DNA of 50,828 bases from Armatimonadota bacterium. GTDB lineage: Bacteria > Armatimonadota > Fimbriimonadia > Fimbriimonadales > GBS-DC. The position numbers and the translations under genes were made by a program. The notes beneath the pieces were generated by a model. That model was given only the letters and a program-made list of their open reading frames with translations, was not told where the DNA came from and did not search any database. This document shows positions 1 through 9,729 of this stretch, in pieces. The stretch is from positions 1 through 50,828 of the forward strand of contig JBBIML010000021.1 in assembly GCA_037444405.1 (NCBI GenBank). The letters are read 5' to 3'. Every line of letters starts with the position of its first letter. The stretch's first letter is position 1.

Positions 1-10
1 ACCCAAACCG

Positions 11-1069
11 TTGCTCTCGCTTGTGGGCTTATGGGCGCTGATGGTGCTGACGGGCTGCACGCAGGCGCAGAATAGCGCGCCGCGCGTGCCCGACCCCGAC
101 TGGATATTCGGCTACGATAAAAACCTGCCGCTTAGCCCCGAAGTGTCAACCGCCGAAGAGACCGCCAGCTACATCTGCTACAAGGTGGTCTATCGCAGTG
201 CGCGCGATCAGCGTGTGCCCGCCTTTCTGGTGCTGCCCAAAAACCGCCCCGAAGGGCAGAAACTGCCCTGCGTGATACTGATGCACGGGCTGGGCGGTGA
301 TAAGACGATGCTCAAGATGCTCTGGCCGATGCTCACGAACGCCGGCTACGCGCTATTCGCCATCGATGCGCAGTACCACGGCGAGCGCAAGCCGAAAGAG
401 TCGTTGCCCTTCTTCGGCGTCTATCCCTACTACTCGCGCGACGCGCTGATCCAGACCGTGATCGACCTGCGCCGGGCGCTGGACTACCTCGAAACACGCC
501 CCGAGATCGACCCGAAGCGCATCGGCTACATCGGCGCAAGCATGGGCGGCATGCTGGGCGCGATTTTTGCGGGCGTGGACGAGCGCGTGCAGGCGCCCGT
601 GCTGCTGGTCGCTGGCGGCAACTGGAAGATCCTGATGGAAAAGAGCGTGCTGTCGGTCTTCCGTCAGAACCGCTCCAGTAAAGAGATTGAAGAGGCGCTC
701 CGGGCGATGGAGGTGGTGGACCCCGTGCTGTGGGTGGGGCGCATCAGCCCGCGCCCCGTGCTGATGATCAACGGCGATGCGGACGATGTGGTGCCCGTCG
801 ACTCCAATAAAGCCCTGCACGAAGCCGCGCGCGAGCCGAAGAAGATTATCTGGTACAAAGGCGGGCATGTGCCGCCACCTGCCGAGATGCCCAATGTGTT
901 GAACGCCATCACGAGCTGGCTGAACGAGCATCTCAAATCGCAGGCGAGCAGCCAGTCGATGGGGCGCGAATGGCTGCAGCGGGCGCGCGCCACCGCCACA
1001 ACGCTGGCACTCTATGGCACCGTCTTCTGGCAGGTATGGCGCACATGGCTTATGAGCCTGCTTCGATGA
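11..1069 (+). CDS. Alpha/beta hydrolase (esterase/peptidase-like), probable lipoprotein; true start may lie upstream of the window
   Basis: HGLGG oxyanion motif, GASMGG nucleophile elbow, NGDADD acid, GGH His; N-terminal LTGC lipobox-like; stop overlaps next ATG (ATGA). Confidence 0.8.
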   Translation: MLSLVGLWALMVLTGCTQAQNSAPRVPDPDWIFGYDKNLPLSPEVSTAEETASYICYKVVYRSARDQRVPAFLVLPKNRPEGQKLPCVILMHGLGGDKTMLKMLWPMLTNAGYALFAIDAQYHGERKPKESLPFFGVYPYYSRDALIQTVIDLRRALDYLETRPEIDPKRIGYIGASMGGMLGAIFAGVDERVQAPVLLVAGGNWKILMEKSVLSVFRQNRSSKEIEEALRAMEVVDPVLWVGRISPRPVLMINGDADDVVPVDSNKALHEAAREPKKIIWYKGGHVPPPAEMPNVLNAITSWLNEHLKSQASSQSMGREWLQRARATATTLALYGTVFWQVWRTWLMSLLR

Positions 1070-2127
1070 AAGCGCTGATTCTGGCGGGTGGCAGAGGCAC
1101 GCGCCTGCGCCCCATCACCTACAGCATGGCGAAGCAGCTCGTGCCCGTCGCGAACAAGCCTGTGCTGTTCTACGGGCTGGAAGCCGTCGCGCAGGCGGGC
1201 ATCCGCGAAGTGGGCATCATCGTGGGCGAGACCGCCGCTGAGATTCGGGCAGCGGTCGGCGACGGCGCCCGATGGGGACTGCAGGTAACCTACATCCCGC
1301 AACCCGAACCGCTGGGGCTGGCACACGCCGTGCTGGTCGCGGAACCCTTTCTGGGGCGGACGCCCTTCGTGATGTATCTGGGCGATAATATCGTCAAATC
1401 CAGCATCGCGCCGCTGGTGCGCGAGTTCGAACGCGACCGCCCGAATGCGCTCATTCTGCTGGCGGAGGTGCCCAACCCGCAGGAGTTCGGCGTGGCAGTG
1501 CTGCGCGGACGGCGCGTGGTCAAACTCATCGAAAAACCGAGCGTGCCGCCATCGAACCTCGCGCTGGTCGGCGTCTATCTGTTCGACCACCACATCTTCG
1601 AAGCCGCCCGCGCGATTAAACCCTCATGGCGCAACGAACTCGAAATCACCGACGCCATTCAGTATCTGATCGATCACGGCTACACGGTGCGCTCGCACAC
1701 CATCACGGGCTGGTGGAAGGACACGGGCAGTCTTGACGCGCTGCTGGAGGCGAACCGCCTCGTGCTGGAAGACCTGGAGGGCGAGGTAGCGGGCGAGCTG
1801 GTGGAGAGCCAGCTGCACGGGCGGGTGGTCGTCGGCGCAGGCAGCCGACTCGTGCGCTGTACCGTGCGGGGTCCCGCCATCATCGGGCGCGACTGCACGC
1901 TCGAAGAGTGCTATGTGGGTCCTTTTACTTCCATCGGCGATGGGGTGCAGCTGCGTGCGTGCGAGATCGAGTACAGCATCGTGCTGGATGGCAGCCGTAT
2001 CGAACAGATTGAGTCGCGCATCGAGGGGAGCCTGCTGGGCAAGAATGTGCTGGTGTCGGGCAGGGCGCGTCGCCCGCGCGCCCTGCGCCTGATGTTGGGC
2101 GATAGCAGCAGTGTGGAACTGCCTTGA
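1066..2127 (+). CDS. rfbA: Glucose-1-phosphate thymidylyltransferase (long form with C-terminal hexapeptide region)
   Basis: MKALILAGGRGTRLRP, KQLVPVANKP, RNELEITDA, WWKDTG motifs; start reassigned to ATG at 1066. Confidence 0.9.
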   Translation: MKALILAGGRGTRLRPITYSMAKQLVPVANKPVLFYGLEAVAQAGIREVGIIVGETAAEIRAAVGDGARWGLQVTYIPQPEPLGLAHAVLVAEPFLGRTPFVMYLGDNIVKSSIAPLVREFERDRPNALILLAEVPNPQEFGVAVLRGRRVVKLIEKPSVPPSNLALVGVYLFDHHIFEAARAIKPSWRNELEITDAIQYLIDHGYTVRSHTITGWWKDTGSLDALLEANRLVLEDLEGEVAGELVESQLHGRVVVGAGSRLVRCTVRGPAIIGRDCTLEECYVGPFTSIGDGVQLRACEIEYSIVLDGSRIEQIESRIEGSLLGKNVLVSGRARRPRALRLMLGDSSSVELP

Positions 2128-2145
2128 ACAGGTACAATCTCACAG

Positions 2146-2634
2146 ATGACCATCACCATCGAGCTGATGCGAGAGGAACATCTGCCCGAAGTGATGCGCA
2201 TCGAGCGCAGGGTGTTCCAGCCGGGCTGGTCCGAGGAGGCGTTCCGCCGTGACCTGCGCAACCCCGCCGCGCTCTATCTGATCCTGCGCATGGACGGCAA
2301 AATCGTGGGCTATGCGGGCGGCTGGTTCGTCGTGGACGAGTTTCATATCACCAACATCGCGGTGGAGCCAGAATATCAGCAGCAGGGCTTCGGCAGACGA
2401 CTGCTGCACCGCCTACTTGCTATCGCGCGCGAGCGCGGGATGCGTCGCGTCACGCTGGAGGTGCGCGCTAACAACATGCCCGCCCAGAACCTCTACAAAA
2501 AGTTCGGCTTCCGACCCGTCGGCATCCGCAAACGCTACTACGACGATGGCGAAGACGCGCTGATTATGTGGCTCGACGACCTCGACACGCCCGAATATGG
2601 CGCGTTCCTCAAACAGATGGCTCCAGGGAGATAG
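2146..2634 (+). CDS. rimI: Ribosomal-protein-alanine N-acetyltransferase (GNAT)
   Basis: HITNIAV, QQQGFG acetyl-CoA motif, LEVRANN, LYKKFGF, RKRYY..GEDALIM. Confidence 0.9.
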   Translation: MTITIELMREEHLPEVMRIERRVFQPGWSEEAFRRDLRNPAALYLILRMDGKIVGYAGGWFVVDEFHITNIAVEPEYQQQGFGRRLLHRLLAIARERGMRRVTLEVRANNMPAQNLYKKFGFRPVGIRKRYYDDGEDALIMWLDDLDTPEYGAFLKQMAPGR

Positions 2635-2648
2635 GGTATGGTGAAACC

Positions 2649-3707
2649 ATGAATCAACCGAAGGGTCGCGGGCAAAAAGCAGGATTGCCGCCGGGCACGC
2701 CCGTGTACATCGGGCGACCGAAGGTGGAGCAGCTCACCTGCCGCGCCTATTGCTATAATCCGACCACCTTCGAAGAGCGCACTGTGCGCCCCGACGAGTG
2801 TGCCCGCCTGCGTCAGGAAGGCACACTGCTGTGGCTCGATGTGGTGGGTCTGCACGATGTGGATGCCATCCGCACAATTGCCGAAGCTTTCCAGCTGCAC
2901 CCGCTCACTTTAGAGGACATCCTCAACACGCACCAGCGCCCCAAAGCCGAAGAGTACGAGGGCTACCTCTATCTGGTGATGCGCTCGCTCACCTTCGATA
3001 CCCGCGCGCATCGCATCGAGTCGGAGCAGGTCAGCCTTGTGATTGGCGCCGACTTCGTGCTGTCGTTCCAGGAGCGCGATTGCGGGCTGTTTGACCCCAT
3101 CCGCGAGCGGCTTCGCTCCCCACAGAGCCGATTGCGCACGCGCGGCGCCGACTTCCTGGCATATTCGCTTATTGACGCGATTGTGGACCACTACTTCGTG
3201 GTGCTGGAGCATGTAGGCGACCAGATCGAGCGGCTGGAAGGCGCTCTGATTGAGCGGACAGACGGCTCGCTGTTGAGGCGGGTGCAGGCGTGGCGACATG
3301 CCCTGCTGGAGTTCAACCATGCGGTCTGGCCCCTGCGCGAGGCAATCGGCTGGCTCGCCCGCGGCGAGAACCCCTACATCGAGGAGAGAACCCGCCTCTA
3401 CATGCGCGATGTGTACGACCACCTGATGTATGTGATTGAGAACCTCACCACCTATCGCGAGATGCTGGGCAATCTGGTGGAGCTGCACCTGTCGGCGACC
3501 AGCACGCGCCTGAACGAGGTGATGAAAACGCTCACGATTATCGCCACCATCTTCATGCCCATCACCTTCATCGTGGGCGTGTACGGCATGAACTTTGATT
3601 ATATGCCTGAACTGCACTGGCGCTGGGGCTATCCCGCCGTGATGCTGCTGATGCTGGGCATCGCGATAGGGCTGACGCTCTATTTTCGGCGCAAAGGCTG
3701 GCTGTGA
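2649..3707 (+). CDS. corA: Magnesium/cobalt transporter CorA
   Basis: GLPPGT N-terminus, HPLTLEDI, YGMNF signature, MPELHWRWGY; start reassigned to ATG at 2649. Confidence 0.93.
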   Translation: MNQPKGRGQKAGLPPGTPVYIGRPKVEQLTCRAYCYNPTTFEERTVRPDECARLRQEGTLLWLDVVGLHDVDAIRTIAEAFQLHPLTLEDILNTHQRPKAEEYEGYLYLVMRSLTFDTRAHRIESEQVSLVIGADFVLSFQERDCGLFDPIRERLRSPQSRLRTRGADFLAYSLIDAIVDHYFVVLEHVGDQIERLEGALIERTDGSLLRRVQAWRHALLEFNHAVWPLREAIGWLARGENPYIEERTRLYMRDVYDHLMYVIENLTTYREMLGNLVELHLSATSTRLNEVMKTLTIIATIFMPITFIVGVYGMNFDYMPELHWRWGYPAVMLLMLGIAIGLTLYFRRKGWL

Positions 3708-3789
3708 AGTGTGATCCTCGCTCCAACCCGATTGTTGGCAGCAGTGAAACGCCAGGTGGTACAATCCGTCTACAGGAATGGAGGAGCTT

Positions 3790-5046
3790 ATGAAAAATGG
3801 GTGGATTGGTCTGGTGGGGCTGCTGCTCGCTGGCTGCGGCACGACAGGCGTCAGCCCACAGGACTCCCAGCAGCGCGACACCCGGCGGAACACGACGGAG
3901 ACCAGAATGCCGATTGATGCCAATAGCGTGCAGGCGAATCTGAAGTTCGGGTTCCAGCTGTTGCATGAGCTGGACAAGCGACGGGAGCAGCCGAACCTGT
4001 TCTTTTCGCCCCTGAGCGCGTCGCTCGCCTTCTCGATGGTGCTGAACGGCGCACGCGGCGAGACCGCTCGCCAGATGAGCGAGGTGCTGGGCTACGGCGA
4101 GTCATCCCTCGAAACGATTAACTCCCAGAACGCGCTCCTGTTGCAGCTGTTGCGCGCGCCGGACCCCAGAGCGGAGGTGCAGATTGCGAACTCGCTCTGG
4201 GTTCAGCAGGGCTTCTCGCTGCTGCCGAGCTTCACCAGCGCGTGCCAGCGCTTCTACGCGGCGGAAGTGGACAGCGTCGATTTCGTTCAACAGCGCGAGG
4301 CAGCCGCCGGGCGCATCAACGGCTGGGTGAAGGAGACCACGAAGGGGCTGATCGAAGAGCTGTTCAAGCCGGATGACTTTGATGAGCGCACGCGCCTCGC
4401 GGTGGTCAACACGCTCTACTTCAAAGGCAGGTGGCAGACGCCCTTCAATAAGGAGGCGACGAGCGAGCAGGAGTTCTTCGCGGCGGACGGCAAGCCGAAG
4501 CGCGTGTCGATGATGCACCAGTCGGGCAAGTTCCCCTATCTGAAAGGCGACGGTTTTCAGGCGGTGGCGCTGCCCTACGGCGAGGGTCAGCTCAGCTTCT
4601 ATCTGTTCCTGCCCGATGAGGGTCGCTCGCTGGACGACTGGCTGCAATCGCTCACGCCTGACCGCTGGAACGAGTGGCTCAAGGGCTTCAAGCCGATGGA
4701 GGGCGATGTGGGGCTGCCCCGCTTCCGCATCGAGGCGACCTGCGCGCTGAATGAGCCGCTGCAGGCGATGGGCATGACCGACGCCTTCGATGCCGATAAA
4801 GCCGACCTCAGCGGGATAGCGCCTCCCACCGACGGACGCCTGTCCATCTCCAAAGCGTTGCAGAAGGCGATTGTGGAGGTGAACGAGGAGGGCACCAAAG
4901 CGGCGGCGGCAACAGGCGTGGTGGTCGGCGTCACCTCCTACAATCCCAACCGCTTCACGCTGATTGCGAACCGCCCCTTCTTCTTCGCCATTCGGCACAA
5001 CCCGACCGGCGCGGTGCTGTTTCTGGGCGTGGTGCGTGACCTATAA
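3790..5046 (+). CDS. Serpin family lipoprotein
   Basis: NLFFSPLS, VNTLYFKGRW, EVNEEGTKAAAAT hinge, ANRPFFFAI, LFLGVV; LLAGC lipobox; GAGGAG RBS before ATG 3790. Confidence 0.93.
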   Translation: MKNGWIGLVGLLLAGCGTTGVSPQDSQQRDTRRNTTETRMPIDANSVQANLKFGFQLLHELDKRREQPNLFFSPLSASLAFSMVLNGARGETARQMSEVLGYGESSLETINSQNALLLQLLRAPDPRAEVQIANSLWVQQGFSLLPSFTSACQRFYAAEVDSVDFVQQREAAAGRINGWVKETTKGLIEELFKPDDFDERTRLAVVNTLYFKGRWQTPFNKEATSEQEFFAADGKPKRVSMMHQSGKFPYLKGDGFQAVALPYGEGQLSFYLFLPDEGRSLDDWLQSLTPDRWNEWLKGFKPMEGDVGLPRFRIEATCALNEPLQAMGMTDAFDADKADLSGIAPPTDGRLSISKALQKAIVEVNEEGTKAAAATGVVVGVTSYNPNRFTLIANRPFFFAIRHNPTGAVLFLGVVRDL

Positions 5047-5051
5047 CCTGC

Positions 5052-5846
5052 CTACCGCTGACAGGCGGCTTTGAGCGCGCGAACGAAGTCGCCCACCACG
5101 GTCGCCCAGTGGGGCGAATCGGCGTACTCGTGCAGGTAATGCACCACCTGACTGCCCACCACCGCGCCGTCTGCCAGTTGCGCCACCGCGCGCACATGCT
5201 CCGGGCGCGAGATGCCGAACCCCACCGCAATCGGCAGGGTCGTCTGCTCGCGGATTCGGGCGATCAGGTCGGGCAAATCGGGCGGTAGCTCGTCGCGGGC
5301 GCCCGTGACACCCGTGCGCGACACACAGTAGATGAAGCCCGTCCCGCGCTCCGCCACCAGCCGAATGCGCTCGGCGGTGCTGGTCGGCGTCAGCAGAAAG
5401 ATGGTCTGCAACCCCGCGGCACGGGCGTGCCGAAGCCATTCGTCCGCCTCATCCGGCGGCAGGTCGGTAATCAGGCAGGCGTCGAAGCCCGCGCGACGGG
5501 CGTCCTGCGCGAATCGCGCCACCCCATAGCGCAGAACGGGATTGTAATAGGTGAAGGCGATCAGCGGCATCGCGATTTCCGAGCGGCATGCCGCGACCGT
5601 TTCCAGAATCTGCGCGGGTGTGGTTCCCCTTGCGAGGGCGCGATCCATCGCCGCCTGAATCACCGCGCCATCGGCTAACGGGTCGCTGAAGGGGAAGCCA
5701 ACCTCCACCATATCGACGCCCGCATCCTGCAGCATGCGCAGCACCTCCGGCAGCCGCTGAAGGCTGGGGTCGCCCGCCGTGATATACACAATCAGCGCCG
5801 CCTCGCCTTTGCGCTTCAACCGCTCAAAGCACTGTTGCAAATCCAT
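5052..5846 (-). CDS. trpA: Tryptophan synthase alpha subunit
   Basis: YITAGDP, EVGFPFSDPLADGAVIQ, VSRTGVTG, AVGFGIS, DGAVVGS. Confidence 0.95.
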   Translation of the reverse strand: MDLQQCFERLKRKGEAALIVYITAGDPSLQRLPEVLRMLQDAGVDMVEVGFPFSDPLADGAVIQAAMDRALARGTTPAQILETVAACRSEIAMPLIAFTYYNPVLRYGVARFAQDARRAGFDACLITDLPPDEADEWLRHARAAGLQTIFLLTPTSTAERIRLVAERGTGFIYCVSRTGVTGARDELPPDLPDLIARIREQTTLPIAVGFGISRPEHVRAVAQLADGAVVGSQVVHYLHEYADSPHWATVVGDFVRALKAACQR

Positions 5847-7636
5847 TATCGCACCTTCTGCATGCGCTTCAGGAAGGCACTGGCAGGTTCGAACCCCGTC
5901 AGGCGCAGCTCGCGCCGCTCCTGACCATCGGAGCCAATGAAAATCACCGTCGGCAAGCCGACCACCGCGTGTCGCTGCAGAATCTGCTGAATCTTCGGGT
6001 CATCCTCGCGGGTGGCGTCCACCACGAGGCGCACGAACCGCTCCGATTCTTTGACCACTCGCGGGTCGGTGTAGGTGTACTCCTCCAGCTCGATGCACGC
6101 CTGACACCATGCGGCGGTGAAGTCGATAATCACAGGCTTGCGTTCCTGTATCGCCTGTTCCAGCCGCGCCTCAGTGTAGGGTTCCCACTGCACATGCACC
6201 TTCGGGCGCAGCAACGAGTAGCCGTTGCTGAGCGCGATAATCAAAAAGATTGCGCCCAGCACCTGCTTGAAACGCACCACCGGGGGCTGGGTGAACTCGC
6301 GCCGTTCGAACGCGAAGAAGTAGAGCGCCACCAGTGCGAAGAAGAGCAGCCATGCGATGGCGTACAGCTTGGGCGCCATCAGGCTGCGGGCGAAGAAGAG
6401 CGCGACCGCCAGCAACAATACGCCGAACAGCCGCTCCACCAGAAGTGTCCACTCGCCGGCGCGGGGCAGGCGGTTCTGGAGCCTCTCGTAGAAGATTCCC
6501 AGAATGAAGTAGGGCGTGCCCAGTCCCAGCCCCAGTGCGAGGAAGCAGAGGAATCCGAGCGTGGGGTTCGCCAGCGCCGCCACGATGGGGATGAGCGCGG
6601 CGACCACGGGACCGATGCAGGGCGCTGCCGCCACGCCTGCCAACATGCCCATCATCATCGCGCCGAGCCAGCCCTGCCGCGCACCCACCATCCGCATCAG
6701 CGCGGGCGGCACCCGAAACTGGTACACGCCGAACATCGACAGCGCCAGCAGCACCAGCAGGGCGACCAGCACACCCACCACCACAGGGTTCTGGAACTGG
6801 AACCCGAACGCCTTGCCCGCCAGCGACGCGATGGTGCCCAGCAGGGCGTACACCGCCGCCATGCTGAGCGCGTAGAGCGCGCTCAGCCCCACGCGCCGCC
6901 CGCGCTGACCCCGCGCCTGCATCGAGAAGAAGCCCAGCGTGATGGGGATCAACGGTAGCACGCACGGCGTGAGATTGAGCGCCAGCCCGCCCGCATACAG
7001 CGCAGCCACGAACGGCAGCCACCGCCCCTCACGGAACTGCGCCTCCATATAACCCGCGAAGCCGCCCGCACCGCTGGAATACTCCTTCAGCTTGCGCGAC
7101 GCGCCTGAGTCCTGCTTGAGCAGTCGCTCATATTCCGGGTTGAGCGCACCCTCCCGCTGGCTGATGGTCAACGCGAGTGTTAGCTTCAGCCGCTGCGGGG
7201 GATAGCACGCCTTGTCATCGCACGCCTGATAGCGCAGGGTGGCAGGGATATTGAGCTTGCCAGGCTTGACCGTCGCCGCAAGCTTCAGCTGAAACTTAAT
7301 CAGCGCCTGCCCCTCGTAAATCTTGAGCGGCTTGCCCGCCGAGAACTCGAACGCCTTCTCGATGGGCGCAGGATACTCCACTTCAGGCGCGGTAAAAGCG
7401 CTGCTCCTCTCAAACTTTAGCTCGGTCGGGATCAGATACTCTTCCGAAGCGGGATTAGCGTTCACATGGTAGGGCGCACGGATTTCCAGCACGAGCAGTC
7501 CCCTGACGGTGGAGTTCGGCGCGTAGCTCTTGCGCTCGGTCACGAATCGGGCGGGGAACTTCAGGTCGGGCATCTGCGCTGTCGCGCCCGCCCCCAGCAG
7601 AAAAGCCGCCATCAACCCCATCCATCGCTGTCGCAT
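5846..7636 (-). CDS. dsbD: Thiol:disulfide interchange protein DsbD-like (N-terminal Ig-like, TM and thioredoxin domains)
   Basis: YQACDDKACYPP, LTPCVLP, AAPCIGP, FTAAWCQAC motifs; signal peptide. Confidence 0.88.
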   Translation of the reverse strand: MRQRWMGLMAAFLLGAGATAQMPDLKFPARFVTERKSYAPNSTVRGLLVLEIRAPYHVNANPASEEYLIPTELKFERSSAFTAPEVEYPAPIEKAFEFSAGKPLKIYEGQALIKFQLKLAATVKPGKLNIPATLRYQACDDKACYPPQRLKLTLALTISQREGALNPEYERLLKQDSGASRKLKEYSSGAGGFAGYMEAQFREGRWLPFVAALYAGGLALNLTPCVLPLIPITLGFFSMQARGQRGRRVGLSALYALSMAAVYALLGTIASLAGKAFGFQFQNPVVVGVLVALLVLLALSMFGVYQFRVPPALMRMVGARQGWLGAMMMGMLAGVAAAPCIGPVVAALIPIVAALANPTLGFLCFLALGLGLGTPYFILGIFYERLQNRLPRAGEWTLLVERLFGVLLLAVALFFARSLMAPKLYAIAWLLFFALVALYFFAFERREFTQPPVVRFKQVLGAIFLIIALSNGYSLLRPKVHVQWEPYTEARLEQAIQERKPVIIDFTAAWCQACIELEEYTYTDPRVVKESERFVRLVVDATREDDPKIQQILQRHAVVGLPTVIFIGSDGQERRELRLTGFEPASAFLKRMQKVR

Positions 7637-7659
7637 AACTTATATAGCATACCCGCCCT

Positions 7660-8712
7660 TCAGCATCTGAGTGCGACAGGCGTTCCCGTCTCGATCGATT
7701 GCAGGCAGGCGAGGGCGAGAGCGACCGCCTGACGACCGTCCCAGCCATCAAACGGCAGCGGCTCGCCTAGCGCGATCGCGCGCACAAACGCCGTCAGCTC
7801 CCACAGGTACGGGTCTGGCAGCCGCAGCGATTCGGCGTCAAACTGCTCCTGCTGTCCGTCGTGCGTGCGCAGGAGCAGTTCGCCCGCAAAGCCTGTGTGC
7901 GCGATGCTGCCCCGCTCGCCGATGATGTTCACCGTATAGCGCCCAAGCGTGTCGAGCATGCTCGCTTCGAGGGCGCCAATCGCGCCCGTTGCGAAGCGCA
8001 GCACGCCCTGCCAGTGCTGGATCGAGTCGGTGTCGGGCATCGGGCGGATGCCCTGCGCGAACACCTGCTGTACCTCGCCCCCTATCCAGCGCATGTAGTC
8101 CAGCTCATGCACATTCATCTCGATGACCAGCCCACCGCTTCGAGCAGGGTCGCGTCGCCAGCCCTTGCCGAAGAGAGGGAGATCGAACCCCGTGCGGCGG
8201 ACGCTGATTGCCCACACCGTGCCGATGCGCCCCTGCTGAAGGAGCTGGTTCGAATGCCAGAAGGCGGGAAACAGGCGCAGCACCTGTCCGACCATCAGCA
8301 GGCGCTGGGCGCGGCGGGACGCCTCCAGCATCGCATCGCACTGCTCCACCTGCAGCGCCATCGGCTTCTCGCAAAACACATGCTTGCCGTGCGCCAGGCT
8401 CTGCAGAGCCAGCTCGCCATGCGTGAAGGGCGGCGTCGCGATGATCACCACCTGCACCGACTCGTCCTCCAGCAGTGCTGACAGCGAGGGATAGACGCTG
8501 GTCTCCAGCTCGTTCGCGGCGGTCTGGGCGGCTTCGGGCGACTCATCATACACGCCCGCAAGCTGAACCTGCACGCCTTCTGGCGGCGGGAAGTGCGTCA
8601 GCGCACACTGCGGTTCGGGCACCTCCAGCCCCTGCTCCAGCCGCTTGATCTGCTGTGCCAGATGTTTGCCGATGCCGCCTGCGCCGATCAGGGCGAAACA
8701 AATGCTCTCCAT
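7660..8712 (-). CDS. Gfo/Idh/MocA family oxidoreductase
   Basis: GAGGIG Rossmann motif, GKHVFCEKPMA, SGG..IEMNVHELD. Confidence 0.9.
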   Translation of the reverse strand: MESICFALIGAGGIGKHLAQQIKRLEQGLEVPEPQCALTHFPPPEGVQVQLAGVYDESPEAAQTAANELETSVYPSLSALLEDESVQVVIIATPPFTHGELALQSLAHGKHVFCEKPMALQVEQCDAMLEASRRAQRLLMVGQVLRLFPAFWHSNQLLQQGRIGTVWAISVRRTGFDLPLFGKGWRRDPARSGGLVIEMNVHELDYMRWIGGEVQQVFAQGIRPMPDTDSIQHWQGVLRFATGAIGALEASMLDTLGRYTVNIIGERGSIAHTGFAGELLLRTHDGQQEQFDAESLRLPDPYLWELTAFVRAIALGEPLPFDGWDGRQAVALALACLQSIETGTPVALRC

Positions 8713-8724
8713 AGGCGCTCCGAT

Positions 8725-9720
8725 TCACCTCTCCGTGTGATTGACCTGCTGGAGCTGGAGGGTGCGCTCGGCGCAGGTACAGAGCGCCCATTCGGGGCGT
8801 TTGGGGTCGGGCTTCAGGCGGGCGCCAGCAGGCGAGACGATACGCCAGCGCAGGACGCCGCCTGGCAGCAGAATCCATGCGGGATTGCGCGGCAGCTGAA
8901 CCTGCAGGCGAGCTGGCTCCTGCAGGCTCTGGCGCAAGCCGTTCAGAAAATCGTCAGGTTCTGTGCCACCCGATAGCAGCATCGCGCGGCTGAGCCGTTC
9001 CGCACCGTAGAGCTGTTCGGCGTAGAGCGCGAGCGCAAGATACTCCTCGTATCCGTCGCGTCGGCGCGAGCGCCATCGCGTCAGCGACAGCCCCTCGCGC
9101 GCCATCCGTTCGATCAGCGGCTCGATCTTCTGGCGCGCGTAGGCGCGTAAGTCCTGAAGGGATACGCCCATCACAGCGCTGGAATCGAGCTGCTGGCATT
9201 CGAGCGCCCGCAGCAGCCATCGGCTCAATAGCCGTTCGCCCAGATCGCCGTTCGCCCACGCCTCTGGCTCCCGAAACGAGTTGACGGGCGGGATAATCCA
9301 GTGCCCGTACTCGTGGGTCAGCTCACGCAGCCATTCGGTGGGCGGCAACTGCTCGCTGACCTGATAGAGGTAGATAAGGTTGCGCTGCTGTTCCGCGCCT
9401 GCTCTGCCATGCTGACAGAGGAACACGCGCAGCAGGCGGTCGTAGCGCAGGGGATGCTCCAGTCCGAGCCGCGTGCGTACCAGCTCATAGCAGTGCAGGA
9501 GCAGGCGGGTGGCGCGCTCGGCGAACGGATAGAGCGGCTGAGCGGGCGCCAGCACCTCTATCAGCAGAGCGGGGCTCGACTCCAGCAAATAGCCTTTCAC
9601 CCGATAGGTGAAGCGCAAGCCGTACAGCGGGTCCTCTATCGGCGGCTGGAGCGCGTCGGGCGTGCCCTCCAGCCGAAACCGAAACCCCGCCACACGGCTC
9701 TGCCACTCCATCCGATACAT
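8725..9720 (-). CDS. Hypothetical protein with HExxH (HEYGH) zincin-like motif
   Basis: 331-aa ORF in the same-strand gene run; LTHEYGHW motif. Confidence 0.6.
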   Translation of the reverse strand: MYRMEWQSRVAGFRFRLEGTPDALQPPIEDPLYGLRFTYRVKGYLLESSPALLIEVLAPAQPLYPFAERATRLLLHCYELVRTRLGLEHPLRYDRLLRVFLCQHGRAGAEQQRNLIYLYQVSEQLPPTEWLRELTHEYGHWIIPPVNSFREPEAWANGDLGERLLSRWLLRALECQQLDSSAVMGVSLQDLRAYARQKIEPLIERMAREGLSLTRWRSRRRDGYEEYLALALYAEQLYGAERLSRAMLLSGGTEPDDFLNGLRQSLQEPARLQVQLPRNPAWILLPGGVLRWRIVSPAGARLKPDPKRPEWALCTCAERTLQLQQVNHTER

Positions 9721-9729
9721 GCCCCGATT

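Noticed and set aside
970..1065. Extended N-termini in the ORF track (rfbA, corA, gpsA, DUF2905, GCS2, DUF6785-like)
   Set aside because: Downstream starts fit family N-termini, RBS or -10 positions and gene overlaps better
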